A program made the translations under genes and the position numbers. Below are positions 19,216-28,078 of a stretch of DNA of 64,000 nt, piece after piece. Each line of letters starts with the position of its first letter. Within the stretch, counting starts at the first letter, position 1. This DNA is from a bacterium. Lineage in GTDB: Bacteria > Hydrothermota > Tepidihabitantia > B3-TA06. The DNA lies in contig JAAYVC010000037.1 of NCBI GenBank assembly GCA_012517375.1, positions 3,485 through 67,484 of the forward strand, in the 5' to 3' direction. The notes beneath the pieces were generated by a model. That model was not told the DNA's origin, did not search any database, and saw only the letters and a list, made by a program, of their open reading frames with translations.

Positions 19216-20631
19216 CTAAACCCGTCCATCCAGGAAGACCTGCTTGCGCTCGTCGTATGCGAGGGAATGCAGGAAAGGTCTGGCAATATCGTCCCACAGG
19301 AAACCGAGGCCTTTCTTGTAAATCCTCTTCTGAGCCATTCTTATCACGCCAGCCCCGTAGTTCTTCATCGGTATGTTGAGGGAAGCCATGCCCACACGCT
19401 TGAGAAACTCCATGCTCCCGGCAGAGATGCGAGGGTGGTTCCAGACGAGAAACCGAGCGTCGAACTTGCGGTAGTCCTTCTCGAATATCCCGTAGCGCTC
19501 CTTAATCTCGAACCATTGAGGCGTCTTCGGGTAGGGGGTCAGCACTGTGAGCTGGTGGGCGTCAAAGCCAATCTCCCTAAGAATCTCGTAGTCCGAAAGC
19601 ACGGACTCGACCGTATCCTCCTCATAGCCTATCATGTAGAAAGCCATTGTGAACACCTTTCGCTCCCTGGTGGCGCGCCTGAACTCCCTCATCACATCAA
19701 GACTCGTCCGCTTGCCAATCCGCTTCAATATCTCGTCGTTCACGCTCTCGACCCCGAAACCTACGTTGACCATGCCCCGCTCGGTCCAGGAATCTATGTG
19801 CTTTAAGGTCAAGTCGGCCCTTGACTGCACCCACCAGTGAAACCCGTAGCGGGCAAGCATATCGAGCACCTGTTCCGAATGAGAAGGGAACGTATAAAAG
19901 GTCTCGTCGAGTATAAAAAGCTCATTTATACCGTGGGAGCGGTAGTATCTTAAAACCTCCTCTATCGACTCAAGAGGCAGTCTTGCCGGATGAGGCGAGT
20001 GTACGGGAGTCTGGCAGAACGTGCACCTATAGGGACATCCGCGCTGGGTGAAGAGGAGCCCTATCTTCTTGTAAGGCACGGCTGGGGGCAGGACAACCCT
20101 GACAGGTATAACAACCGGAGGGTGCAGGGTTCTTTCAAGCTTCCTGCCGAAGCATTCCTCAAGAACCTCTGCCTCTACGTACCCGTACCAGATTCTGTCT
20201 GCAAACCCCTCCGCCTCCTCCGATAACCCGCCGTAGCCGCCCGCCCATATCTCCCCGACCCCCTGCCTGCGCGCCTCCTCCACCATCTCCAAAATCTCTG
20301 CCAGATCGTGCTGGAAGAACGAGAAGCCCACGACATCCCACCCTTCCCTGAGCTTTGCCACGTACTCATGCCACAGGGGAAACTCCATAATCTCGAGTTC
20401 AGGCACGTTCTGCTTCATGAACCTGAGAGAGGTTGAAACCGTTCTTATGAAACCGAAGCGCGGGGTGCGGAAAAAGTTAGCGCCAACGGCATCGTAATAA
20501 TCACGGGGGCTGTGCCTGTAGGCGGTTGTCAATAAGATTCTTGGCGAGGAAGTCAAGGGGCGCGGGGAGGGCAAGGAGGGCGAGGAGCTTGGGGGCATTT
20601 CAGCCGAGACTCCCTCTCGCGATGGACTCAA
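19216..20631 (-). CDS. B12-binding-domain radical SAM protein, paralog 4 of 4 (most divergent; Pro/Ser-rich N-terminal extension)
   Basis: 471 aa. Motif QRGCPYRCTFCQTP. N-terminal 35 aa low complexity (PPSSSPSLPSPRPLTSSP), so the true start is uncertain. 3-bp gap to the downstream paralog. Confidence 0.7.
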   Translation of the reverse strand: MSPSREGVSAEMPPSSSPSLPSPRPLTSSPRILLTTAYRHSPRDYYDAVGANFFRTPRFGFIRTVSTSLRFMKQNVPELEIMEFPLWHEYVAKLREGWDVVGFSFFQHDLAEILEMVEEARRQGVGEIWAGGYGGLSEEAEGFADRIWYGYVEAEVLEECFGRKLERTLHPPVVIPVRVVLPPAVPYKKIGLLFTQRGCPYRCTFCQTPVHSPHPARLPLESIEEVLRYYRSHGINELFILDETFYTFPSHSEQVLDMLARYGFHWWVQSRADLTLKHIDSWTERGMVNVGFGVESVNDEILKRIGKRTSLDVMREFRRATRERKVFTMAFYMIGYEEDTVESVLSDYEILREIGFDAHQLTVLTPYPKTPQWFEIKERYGIFEKDYRKFDARFLVWNHPRISAGSMEFLKRVGMASLNIPMKNYGAGVIRMAQKRIYKKGLGFLWDDIARPFLHSLAYDERKQVFLDGRV

Positions 20632-20678
20632 AATACCCGGTTATTCCCGATGATTTTACAGCCCTCAAATCAGACACC

Positions 20679-22439
20679 CTACTTATCAATGGGCAGAAGA
20701 AGCCATGAGGTGTAATCCGCGACTCCCAGGTAGGCTTCTGATGCGGCAACGGAGAGGGCTTTTCCGGGTGTATCTATGTAGCCGAGAATCCGTGGCGAAT
20801 GAGGATCACTCACGTCAACCTTCAGCACGCCCTTCTCGCCGCAAGCCAGATACAATGTGGAGCCAGAGAGCGCGAGACCATAAGGTCTTGAACCAAGCAT
20901 GGTGAAAGAAAGCTGTCCGGGCTCTTTCGGATTGCTTATATCGAGCGCCGCCAGAGCGCCTATCGAGTCGGCAACGTACAGCCTGTCCTGTTCAACCAAA
21001 AGCGACCGGGGGCTTACTGTCCCGGGATACAGGGAAAGCGTTACCGGCGTTTCGCCCTCCTTCCTTAAAGCCACTACCCACAGTCCAGAATCCGGATCTG
21101 CCACGTAGACGATGGAATCCTTAACGGCAACGTCAACCGCCTTGATTCCTTCAAGCTTGCCCTTCTCCTTCAGGGGCCCGCAAGGGCATATCCAGAGCAC
21201 CCGCAGCCCTTTTTCGCCCGCCGCATCAAGAATGAGTTCATTGGAGAGCGCGATTCTCGAAAGGTCTCCTGCCTGGTTTATGGTGAAATCCGGTTTCGTA
21301 ACAGGGAACTCCTTCAAGGAAAAGATGCTTAGCAGGGAGCGTCCGGGATCAACCACGTAAAGATTGGTTCCGGAGAGAAGCACGCCGGCGGCGTTATCGG
21401 GCTTCGGGTCAGCGAAACCGACGACGAGCTTTTCGGGCTCGGGCTTTACAACCTTTGCACCGTCCCTGCCCTGCGCGATAGCCCAGAACTCGCCGCCCCT
21501 TGCCGTGTGAACGGAGGGAGCATTCTTGGGAAGTCTCTTCGTGATCTCCATGTTCGCGAAATTCTTTCCCTCAAGGAATACGATTCCTTTGTCCCTGAGC
21601 GCAAGATAAAAGCCTTTCTTTGAGGGCAGGATATCGGCCACATATCCTTCAGCAAAGCCTCGGGAAGCGTCAAGCCTTTTTCCTTTGGCATCGAATACGG
21701 CATATCCTTGATAACCCAGCGCCGCAAACAGTTTCTTCGACTGAAAACAAAGCGCCACTGGTGAAGCGGGCGCATCAAAAACACTTTCCTCTTTTGGCTC
21801 CTTAGGGTCCTTCAGCGAAAAGACCGCTATCTTTGACTCGCTTAATCCCGCATAGAGCCTTGAATCGCCTGCGGCAAGGGTTTTTACTCCCGGAAGAGAA
21901 GTCTCCTTAATGATTTTCGGTGCTTTTTCGCAGGTAATTACATATATGCTCCCGCCTGCGGCGGCGTAAAAATAACCATTCCAGAAGACGATGCTTTCAA
22001 CCTTTGAACCGAGATTGACACTTGCCGGTGCATCGTTCTTTGAAGACAAGTAGATAACGGCGAATAAGCCGGATTCTGTTCCTGCGGCAACGAAACCCTG
22101 GCCGCAAGAAAGCGCCGTTACTTCTGAACCTATCTCATAACTTCCAAGATTAGAGCCTGACGCGTCGAACAAGGCGACTGATTCTGCGTCAGAAAGACAG
22201 AGCTTGCCGTCGTCGCACGAGCGGACTTTTCTCGAATAACCGAGGGTAGGGAAATGTCCGACCGCTTTAAGCTCCGTATCCATCGCTGCAAGACCGTATC
22301 CGGAAGCGGCATACAGCCTGCCGCCCATCTCGACCAGATTCCAATAATCACCCGATATAAAATGACTGGCGGCTCCCTCGGGCAGGATACTTTTGCCTTC
22401 CTGGACCCCGAAAAGGAACGTAAGTATCGAAAACAGCAT
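20679..22439 (-). CDS. Exported beta-propeller repeat protein (LVIVD-like repeats), paralog A
   Basis: 586 aa. N-terminal hydrophobic signal (MLFSILTFLFG). Recurring ~40-aa repeats with hydrophobic-x-V-x-D cores (IVYVADPDSGLWVVAL, LYVADSIGALAALDISNPKEP). Conserved WICPCGPLKEKG motif shared with paralog B. Confidence 0.6.
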   Translation of the reverse strand: MLFSILTFLFGVQEGKSILPEGAASHFISGDYWNLVEMGGRLYAASGYGLAAMDTELKAVGHFPTLGYSRKVRSCDDGKLCLSDAESVALFDASGSNLGSYEIGSEVTALSCGQGFVAAGTESGLFAVIYLSSKNDAPASVNLGSKVESIVFWNGYFYAAAGGSIYVITCEKAPKIIKETSLPGVKTLAAGDSRLYAGLSESKIAVFSLKDPKEPKEESVFDAPASPVALCFQSKKLFAALGYQGYAVFDAKGKRLDASRGFAEGYVADILPSKKGFYLALRDKGIVFLEGKNFANMEITKRLPKNAPSVHTARGGEFWAIAQGRDGAKVVKPEPEKLVVGFADPKPDNAAGVLLSGTNLYVVDPGRSLLSIFSLKEFPVTKPDFTINQAGDLSRIALSNELILDAAGEKGLRVLWICPCGPLKEKGKLEGIKAVDVAVKDSIVYVADPDSGLWVVALRKEGETPVTLSLYPGTVSPRSLLVEQDRLYVADSIGALAALDISNPKEPGQLSFTMLGSRPYGLALSGSTLYLACGEKGVLKVDVSDPHSPRILGYIDTPGKALSVAASEAYLGVADYTSWLLLPIDK

Positions 22440-22454
22440 CTTTCTTCTCCTGAA

Positions 22455-24215
22455 TCAATTGATTGAATACAGTTCAACGGCGTACGGAGTCGAAACCAGC
22501 AAACGCTGTCCGGTTAAGCCTACGCCTCTTGCGCCGTATACGTCTATCCTCGAGATAATCCTGGGTTTTGCCCTGTCGCTGATATCGAGAACGTATACAC
22601 CCTCCTTGCCCGCAGCCACATAAAGCGTATCGCCTTTAATCGCAAGCGCCGAAGGCGTGCCGTCAAGCTCCAATGCAGCCTCTTCCTTGAGTTTTGAAGG
22701 TCTCGATGCGTTAATCAATCCCAGACCGCCCTTCTTGTCAAGACCGACAAGAAGATTCCCTTCAAGGTAAAGCCTGTCGTACGTTCTGGAAAGATCAGCG
22801 CTTGATACGGTTTCGAGTTTTGTGCTGTCCTTCCAGGAAACCGTATAAATCTTATTGCCTGAACCCGAGACAAGTACGAGCCTTGTATCGGGTATAATCT
22901 TTACGTCGAGCGCGCGGCCTTCAATCCCAAGCCTGCCCAGCTCCTTGAATGGGCCGCACGGGCAGCGCCAGTACGAACCGACGCCTCTTGTATCCTCGGC
23001 GGTGAGAACGATTTCTCCTTCGGCATCAAGACCAGAAAGCATGGACTCGTACTGAATGAACGAGCGCCTTTCGGGCCGAGAGGGGTCTTTTATATCGACT
23101 ATCTTGAGCAGGTTGGTTGCGGTAACTGCATATATCTGCGTTCCGAAAAGGTACAAAATCCTCGCGTCATCAATATCCTTATAGGCTCCGAGATAAGCGA
23201 GCGTATCGCCTATGTTTATCGTCCTTATCCCGCCCTGTCCTACCGCGGCTACGGCGATATCTCCCACGCAAAGAAGCTCGTAACCGTCGCCGACACTCTT
23301 GTAGAAGATTCCGTTCAGGAAAGGCGGGCCTATGGAAAGGTCAACCTTTCCGAAGCCCTGGGTGGTCATGACCAGGAGAAGAGAGTCCTTAAGCGCGAGG
23401 CTGGTTGCCAAGCCGTACATATCCATTTCCTGGGAAAGAAGGGGTTTGCGAGGTTCCGCAATGGAAAAAATCAAGAGATCGGCCGTGCCGGCCGCGGCGG
23501 CAAGTCTGTCCTTGTAAGCATCCAGCCTTCTTATCTCTCCTTTCGCTTCAACCTTCGCGACTACCTTCGCGGAGTTTCGTTTGGGTTCAACTACCCACAG
23601 TCCTTCGTCTCCTGCTGCAAGATAGATGATATTGTTCGCGGGAAAAACGTCGAGAACGGCCGGGTCGCCGTCTACAGACAGCTTCACGCACTCAACCTTT
23701 TTTTGAGAGAAGTCGACGGCATAAAGACCTGCGGTGTCGGATGCGAGATAAAGCGTTGCGCCCGAGGGGACAATTCTCGCGGGCGGAGCAGCAAGCATCA
23801 CGGGAGACGGCTCAATCTGCGCTCCCGATGAAAGGTCTATTCCGTAAAGTCTCAGTGAATCATCCGCGAACCACAGCGTATCTCCATCAAGAGACATTGC
23901 TGACACCGCTTCGTCAAAGATTGTTGCCGCATCTGTGACCTGTTTATCGGCTGGGTCTAGCGTTAAAGCCGTTATGCCTCTCGAACCTGCGACATAAAAT
24001 GTGCCGTCGTAGCGGACAATGGTATGATTCCTGCCTGGAAGGAGTCTATCAGAAAGGCGAAGCATGTCCGATAATCTGAAAGCGGTAAAGCCTCTTCCGT
24101 CAGCCATGTAAATAGCCTCGCCATCCATTACGGAGGACGAGAATTCGCCGCCGACAACCAAACCGGTTTCGTATTCGACATTGCCCAAGAGAGGCAGAAG
24201 CAAGAGAACCGACAT
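22455..24215 (-). CDS. Exported beta-propeller repeat protein (LVIVD-like), paralog B
   Basis: 586 aa. Signal peptide (MSVLLLLPLLG). Same repeat organisation and CPCGPFKELG motif as paralog A. 15-bp gap to paralog A. Confidence 0.6.
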   Translation of the reverse strand: MSVLLLLPLLGNVEYETGLVVGGEFSSSVMDGEAIYMADGRGFTAFRLSDMLRLSDRLLPGRNHTIVRYDGTFYVAGSRGITALTLDPADKQVTDAATIFDEAVSAMSLDGDTLWFADDSLRLYGIDLSSGAQIEPSPVMLAAPPARIVPSGATLYLASDTAGLYAVDFSQKKVECVKLSVDGDPAVLDVFPANNIIYLAAGDEGLWVVEPKRNSAKVVAKVEAKGEIRRLDAYKDRLAAAAGTADLLIFSIAEPRKPLLSQEMDMYGLATSLALKDSLLLVMTTQGFGKVDLSIGPPFLNGIFYKSVGDGYELLCVGDIAVAAVGQGGIRTINIGDTLAYLGAYKDIDDARILYLFGTQIYAVTATNLLKIVDIKDPSRPERRSFIQYESMLSGLDAEGEIVLTAEDTRGVGSYWRCPCGPFKELGRLGIEGRALDVKIIPDTRLVLVSGSGNKIYTVSWKDSTKLETVSSADLSRTYDRLYLEGNLLVGLDKKGGLGLINASRPSKLKEEAALELDGTPSALAIKGDTLYVAAGKEGVYVLDISDRAKPRIISRIDVYGARGVGLTGQRLLVSTPYAVELYSIN

Positions 24216-24235
24216 GTTTGGGTTACCTGTGTATG

Positions 24236-24997
24236 TTATTGATTCTGGATAAATTGACTGCGAATGTCGAACTCCCTGTTCATCCTGAATGGAAGAGGTT
24301 TTTCAAGTAATTCCCGGTTTTTATTTCTCTTAAAATTTACATCCGTAGTCTTGATGACCGTCAAATTCGTGCCCGGAATGATGGAACCGGCATAAAGCTC
24401 TATCTCCTTAGGCCAGGTCTTACTGCCCGACTCGGCAAACTCCTTGAAAACGATCCTCGAGGCTTCATTTTGAATGCTTATAGGCTGATGGGTCGCGGCG
24501 TCGTATTCGTAAACGTTTCCGGACTTGGCCTTAATGACAAGTTTGTTTTCCTGATTGTAAAATGTGTCGATGTCGCCTACGCCTCCGGGCAGGAGATTAA
24601 AAACAGAAAGTATATCTTCCGGAGAAAAAGGAATCGAGACACCGTAGCCGCTCTTCTGATTCAGGAGTGTAGTAAGCTTAACGCCCCTGATGAAGTCGCA
24701 GATCCATATGGTATCGGCTACGCCCTTGAAGAATCCCGCAGGACCTCCGCCAGCCGAGCGAATATCGAATATGAACGAGCCCTTTTCCCAGTAAAAAAAA
24801 TAGGGGAGGAGCATCTGCGAAACTCCTGAGCTGTCTTTTGCCTCCAGGGTGCCCATTATTGAGAGGTAGTCGGGCGGTTTTTCACTTGTTAGGAACTGCA
24901 ACTCCTTGGGCATGTCCGCCGCGGCGTTTACTATCGTGAATGCAAGAAGCAGCCCGAATAGTATTGTGGCTGCCTTGAACTTGAAACTTTGATTCAT
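24236..24997 (-). CDS. Secreted hypothetical protein
   Basis: 253 aa. Clear signal peptide (MNQSFKFKAATILFGLLLAFTIVNAAAD). First gene of the co-directional minus-strand cluster. Confidence 0.5.
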   Translation of the reverse strand: MNQSFKFKAATILFGLLLAFTIVNAAADMPKELQFLTSEKPPDYLSIMGTLEAKDSSGVSQMLLPYFFYWEKGSFIFDIRSAGGGPAGFFKGVADTIWICDFIRGVKLTTLLNQKSGYGVSIPFSPEDILSVFNLLPGGVGDIDTFYNQENKLVIKAKSGNVYEYDAATHQPISIQNEASRIVFKEFAESGSKTWPKEIELYAGSIIPGTNLTVIKTTDVNFKRNKNRELLEKPLPFRMNREFDIRSQFIQNQ

Positions 24998-25114
24998 TAT
25001 TATCCTCCTAAAAACGAGTCGTGAATGCTTAAAAGAACAATTATAGAAGAGCCTCGAGATATGTCAAGCCGGGATCCTTGCCTTAAGATTATTAAAAATG
25101 TATGCTTAGAGAGT

Positions 25115-25474
25115 CTAATATGCCTCTAGGCCTTCTATTTTGAGGCCTGGGTTTTTTGCAGCGAGCTTTTTCAAAGTATCTAAAACTTCCCAGGTTTTAC
25201 CCCAGGCAAGGTTTGTGTCGATTATTACGGCTATGGCACCTTTTTTCTGGCCCGAGTAACGTTTCCATAAAAAATCAACATCTATGGCGCTGTCGTTAAG
25301 CGCCAGACCAGCTTTGGTCACGCGCAGCGTATCCTGTTCCAGCTTCTCTTTCGATTGGTTCTGGAGTATCTTCATGGTTACAACCAATGCCAGAAGCACT
25401 GCCGCAGCTATAAGCACTGGTCCTTGAAAAAAACTCAGGCGCATAAGCCTGTTCCTGCGTTCGGGCAAGCTCAT
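25115..25474 (-). CDS. Small membrane-anchored hypothetical protein
   Basis: 119 aa. Single N-terminal TM (VLIAAAVLLALVVTM). 117 bp upstream of, and co-directional with, the cluster. Confidence 0.4.
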   Translation of the reverse strand: MSLPERRNRLMRLSFFQGPVLIAAAVLLALVVTMKILQNQSKEKLEQDTLRVTKAGLALNDSAIDVDFLWKRYSGQKKGAIAVIIDTNLAWGKTWEVLDTLKKLAAKNPGLKIEGLEAY

Positions 25475-25776
25475 GCCGTTATTATAGGCATTTTGTTCCC
25501 GAGGTCAAAGAAACCATGAATCCCAAGAGCAAGAGGGGTTGACACAAAGGAATTATTTACTATCATTAATAATAGATTTTAACAGGAGTTGTTTTAAAGA
25601 GGGCGTCCTGCCCGAACACAAGAACCTTTCTTTAATGGAGCATGTGGACGGGTTTCCCCTTTAAAACAATTACAAGGATTATAATTAAAAAGGCTGATTG
25701 TCTGACCTGCTAAGACAATAAAAAAAATCGTCTTCGGTGGTGTTTTAGTGAAATTACTATCTGGAAGGAGGGCAAA

Positions 25777-26337
25777 TTGCCTGGAGTCAGAGGCAATTCC
25801 TTCGCCACCATAAACAGGTGGCTGGGTCAGAATCTGAGCGTTGAGGATTACCGTGAGTTAATCTCATCGATGAGGCCTCCAGTAACGCGCATTCTGACGA
25901 AACCTGAGGGGTGGTCGTGGTATCCCCTTGAGTATCTATCAGAGATCCTCCTCAGTCTGAAGGATTCCAAAAATCTCCGCAACGGCGAAACGCTAGACCA
26001 GCTTGGAAGGTTCCTGGCCGATGAGGACATGGGCGGCGCGCCAAAGACAACAACATCCTTTATGCCGATGCCGAGGGTGCTTCCCCGGGTTCCCTTTCTC
26101 TGGTCAAGGTCAATGGACTGCGGCGATTTCAATATCCTTCTCGTTTCGGAATCGGAGAACAAGGCTTCTATCTGTCTTTCAGGATACGACGGAGGACCCA
26201 TGCACTGCGCGCTCATCCGCGCTTGGCTCGAGCGCACGTTCGAGCTTATGAGCGGCGGCAAGGTCAGCGTTGAAGAAACCTCTTGTCGCTACGCCAACGG
26301 CGGCAACGCCTGTCACTGGGAAGTGAGCTGGGAATAG
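25777..26337 (+). CDS. Hypothetical protein (Cys-containing C-terminus)
   Basis: 186 aa, no recognised motifs. Preceded by an AT-rich intergenic region with a TTGACA element. Confidence 0.4.
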   Translation: MPGVRGNSFATINRWLGQNLSVEDYRELISSMRPPVTRILTKPEGWSWYPLEYLSEILLSLKDSKNLRNGETLDQLGRFLADEDMGGAPKTTTSFMPMPRVLPRVPFLWSRSMDCGDFNILLVSESENKASICLSGYDGGPMHCALIRAWLERTFELMSGGKVSVEETSCRYANGGNACHWEVSWE

Positions 26338-26424
26338 CAAAATACCCACGCAAACGCTCCACTTTTTTTAATGTTCGTAACGAATTGAAATTTTAGCAAA
26401 AGACCTGAGACTAAGATCTTTTTC

Positions 26425-27579
26425 TCAACGGAAGGAGAGCATCTTTTCCTTCTTAGCTCTTACCCCTTCTATTCTAATTTCGATGATGTCCATTTTGACA
26501 AGCGAATTAAGATCGCGAGAAATAGTTTTTGCGGTCTTACTTGCATAGGATTCGGCCACTCTGGGGCTGAGTTCGCGAATTTCGGATTTCGGAATGATTT
26601 GTCCCTTATTTGAAATAGCCAAAGCCAATTGTCGTTGCCTTCTAGCCGTTTTCCCCTTCTTATCTCTGAATGCTTCGTGTACATAATCCTTCCATGCGAT
26701 ATCTAAAACCTCTATAGAAACCTTTTGCATCTGTTCGCCCAACCCATCCAGAAACCCTTCTATTGCATACTGGATGAAGGGTATTACGTTTCCGCCGGAT
26801 TTTGAAGCTTGGTCAAGATGTTTGTAATACTCATTTCGGGTTTGATTGTAGTGGTTGCTTAGAAGATGTGCAGCAATTGTCGGTATACCAGCATCTAATA
26901 ATATCTGAAACTCCACCAATCTTGCGGTTCGGCCGTTTCCGTCACCGTAAGGATGTATCCACGCCAGATAAAGATGCGCGAGGACAGCTCTTATCAAAGC
27001 AAATGCGAGTTTGTGCCCCTTGGGCGCCCTGGAACGTTCTTGATTGAGCCAATCACACAGGCGTTTTAACAAGTATTCGCAATCATCTGGGGGCGCAGCA
27101 CGGTAACGGACAAGTTCAACCCCGACAGAATAGTTTCTTATCTTACCAGGAACTATTTGTTCGGGCAATTCTAAATTCTTTAGGACCAGATCATTAAACT
27201 CGTTGATTTTCTTAACAGATAGAAGCCCGCGATTGGTCCCCGTTAATAGTTCAGTTCCAATGATATTGCAGGCTTCAATTATATTGTTTATTTCTTGAGA
27301 AAGATACTCTTTGGAAGGAGGAAGGCTAAGCCTCCCTTCAACAAGTTTTAAGGCATCTTCCTCTGTAAGTGTATTCCCCTCAATAGCAGTTGTAGCTAAA
27401 GCCCCCTTGGCTAGATATAACTCATGCAATCTTTTAGCCGTTGCTGGACGTAGCGGCAAGTTTGCTAGATATTCGCACTTGGCTTGCGCTTCACCAAGCA
27501 TTAACCACAAATCATGCCTAGCTCGGCCGAGGTCGAGTGTAAATGTCAACCACGGATGTGTCTTTTCAAATGTCCGCAC
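26425..27579 (-). CDS. Fic family protein (AMPylation/filamentation domain) with N-terminal inhibitory motif and C-terminal wHTH-like domain
   Basis: 384 aa, GTG start. Fic motif HPYGDGNGRTAR (variant of HPFx[DE]GNGR). Inhibitory-helix motif TAIEGN ([ST]xxxE[GN]). Lower GC and AT-rich flanks (27580-27720). Confidence 0.85.
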   Translation of the reverse strand: MRTFEKTHPWLTFTLDLGRARHDLWLMLGEAQAKCEYLANLPLRPATAKRLHELYLAKGALATTAIEGNTLTEEDALKLVEGRLSLPPSKEYLSQEINNIIEACNIIGTELLTGTNRGLLSVKKINEFNDLVLKNLELPEQIVPGKIRNYSVGVELVRYRAAPPDDCEYLLKRLCDWLNQERSRAPKGHKLAFALIRAVLAHLYLAWIHPYGDGNGRTARLVEFQILLDAGIPTIAAHLLSNHYNQTRNEYYKHLDQASKSGGNVIPFIQYAIEGFLDGLGEQMQKVSIEVLDIAWKDYVHEAFRDKKGKTARRQRQLALAISNKGQIIPKSEIRELSPRVAESYASKTAKTISRDLNSLVKMDIIEIRIEGVRAKKEKMLSFR

Positions 27580-27747
27580 TTATGTCCTCAAAGATGTCCA
27601 ATTGATTTGATTATTATATATATGTAAATATAAAAAGTTACAACAACAAGTAATCTTATGATCCCCTTTTTTTGTCTAACAATATATCCCTATTATAGTC
27701 CTCGTTTTGGGTATTGTCAAGTAACGATTCACTCTCCGCTATTCTCC

Positions 27748-27776
27748 TTGACAACCTCCACCTCCTCCCCTATAAT
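27748..27776 (+). promoter_or_regulatory. Consensus sigma70 promoter TTGACA-17-TATAAT driving the cobalamin riboswitch/TonB receptor
   Basis: TTGACA 27748-27753, 17-bp spacer, TATAAT 27771-27776. Perfect consensus hexamers. Confidence 0.55.
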
Positions 27777-27784
27777 CTTCTAAC

Positions 27785-28015
27785 AACTTGCGTGTAAAGG
27801 CGGAGGCCAGGGAAGGCCGTGAGAATCGGCCGCGGTGCCGCCACTGTGATCTGGAAACTGCGTTTCCTCCGGGGTTTTCATCGAAAAAACTTCCGGGTAG
27901 ATTGAAACAAGGATGCGTCCTCGTTTCTCAAGTCACTATCTGCAGGAAGCAGATGGGAAGGCTGGAGACGCAACGAGACCAGTAAGCCAGGAGACCTATC
28001 CGCCACTATCCCGCA
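27785..28015 (+). ncRNA. Cobalamin (B12) riboswitch
   Basis: Leader contains the conserved cobalamin-riboswitch core elements GGGAAGGCCGTGAGAATC, GGTGCCGCCACTG and a B12-box-like AAGCCAGGAGACC..GCC. Lies 5' of a TonB-dependent receptor gene. Boundaries approximate. Confidence 0.7.
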
Positions 28016-28078
28016 CCACCCATTCCGGGCCAGGATGGGGGTGTGGTTATCCTAACTCTTACAACTTGGAGGTTTACA

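Noticed and set aside
15207-19806. Sense-strand ORFs of 100-200 aa opposite the four rSAM genes (15207-15737, 16768-17394, 19267-19806, all +)
   Set aside because: They are shadows of the conserved minus-strand rSAM paralogs. Their positions recur in each paralog, as expected for antisense artefacts.
28043-28078. Track GTG start for the TonB receptor (MVILTLTTWRFT..)
   Set aside because: These 12 codons lie within the conserved 3' part of the cobalamin riboswitch. The ATG at 28079 has a GGAGG SD at -6 and begins a canonical signal peptide.
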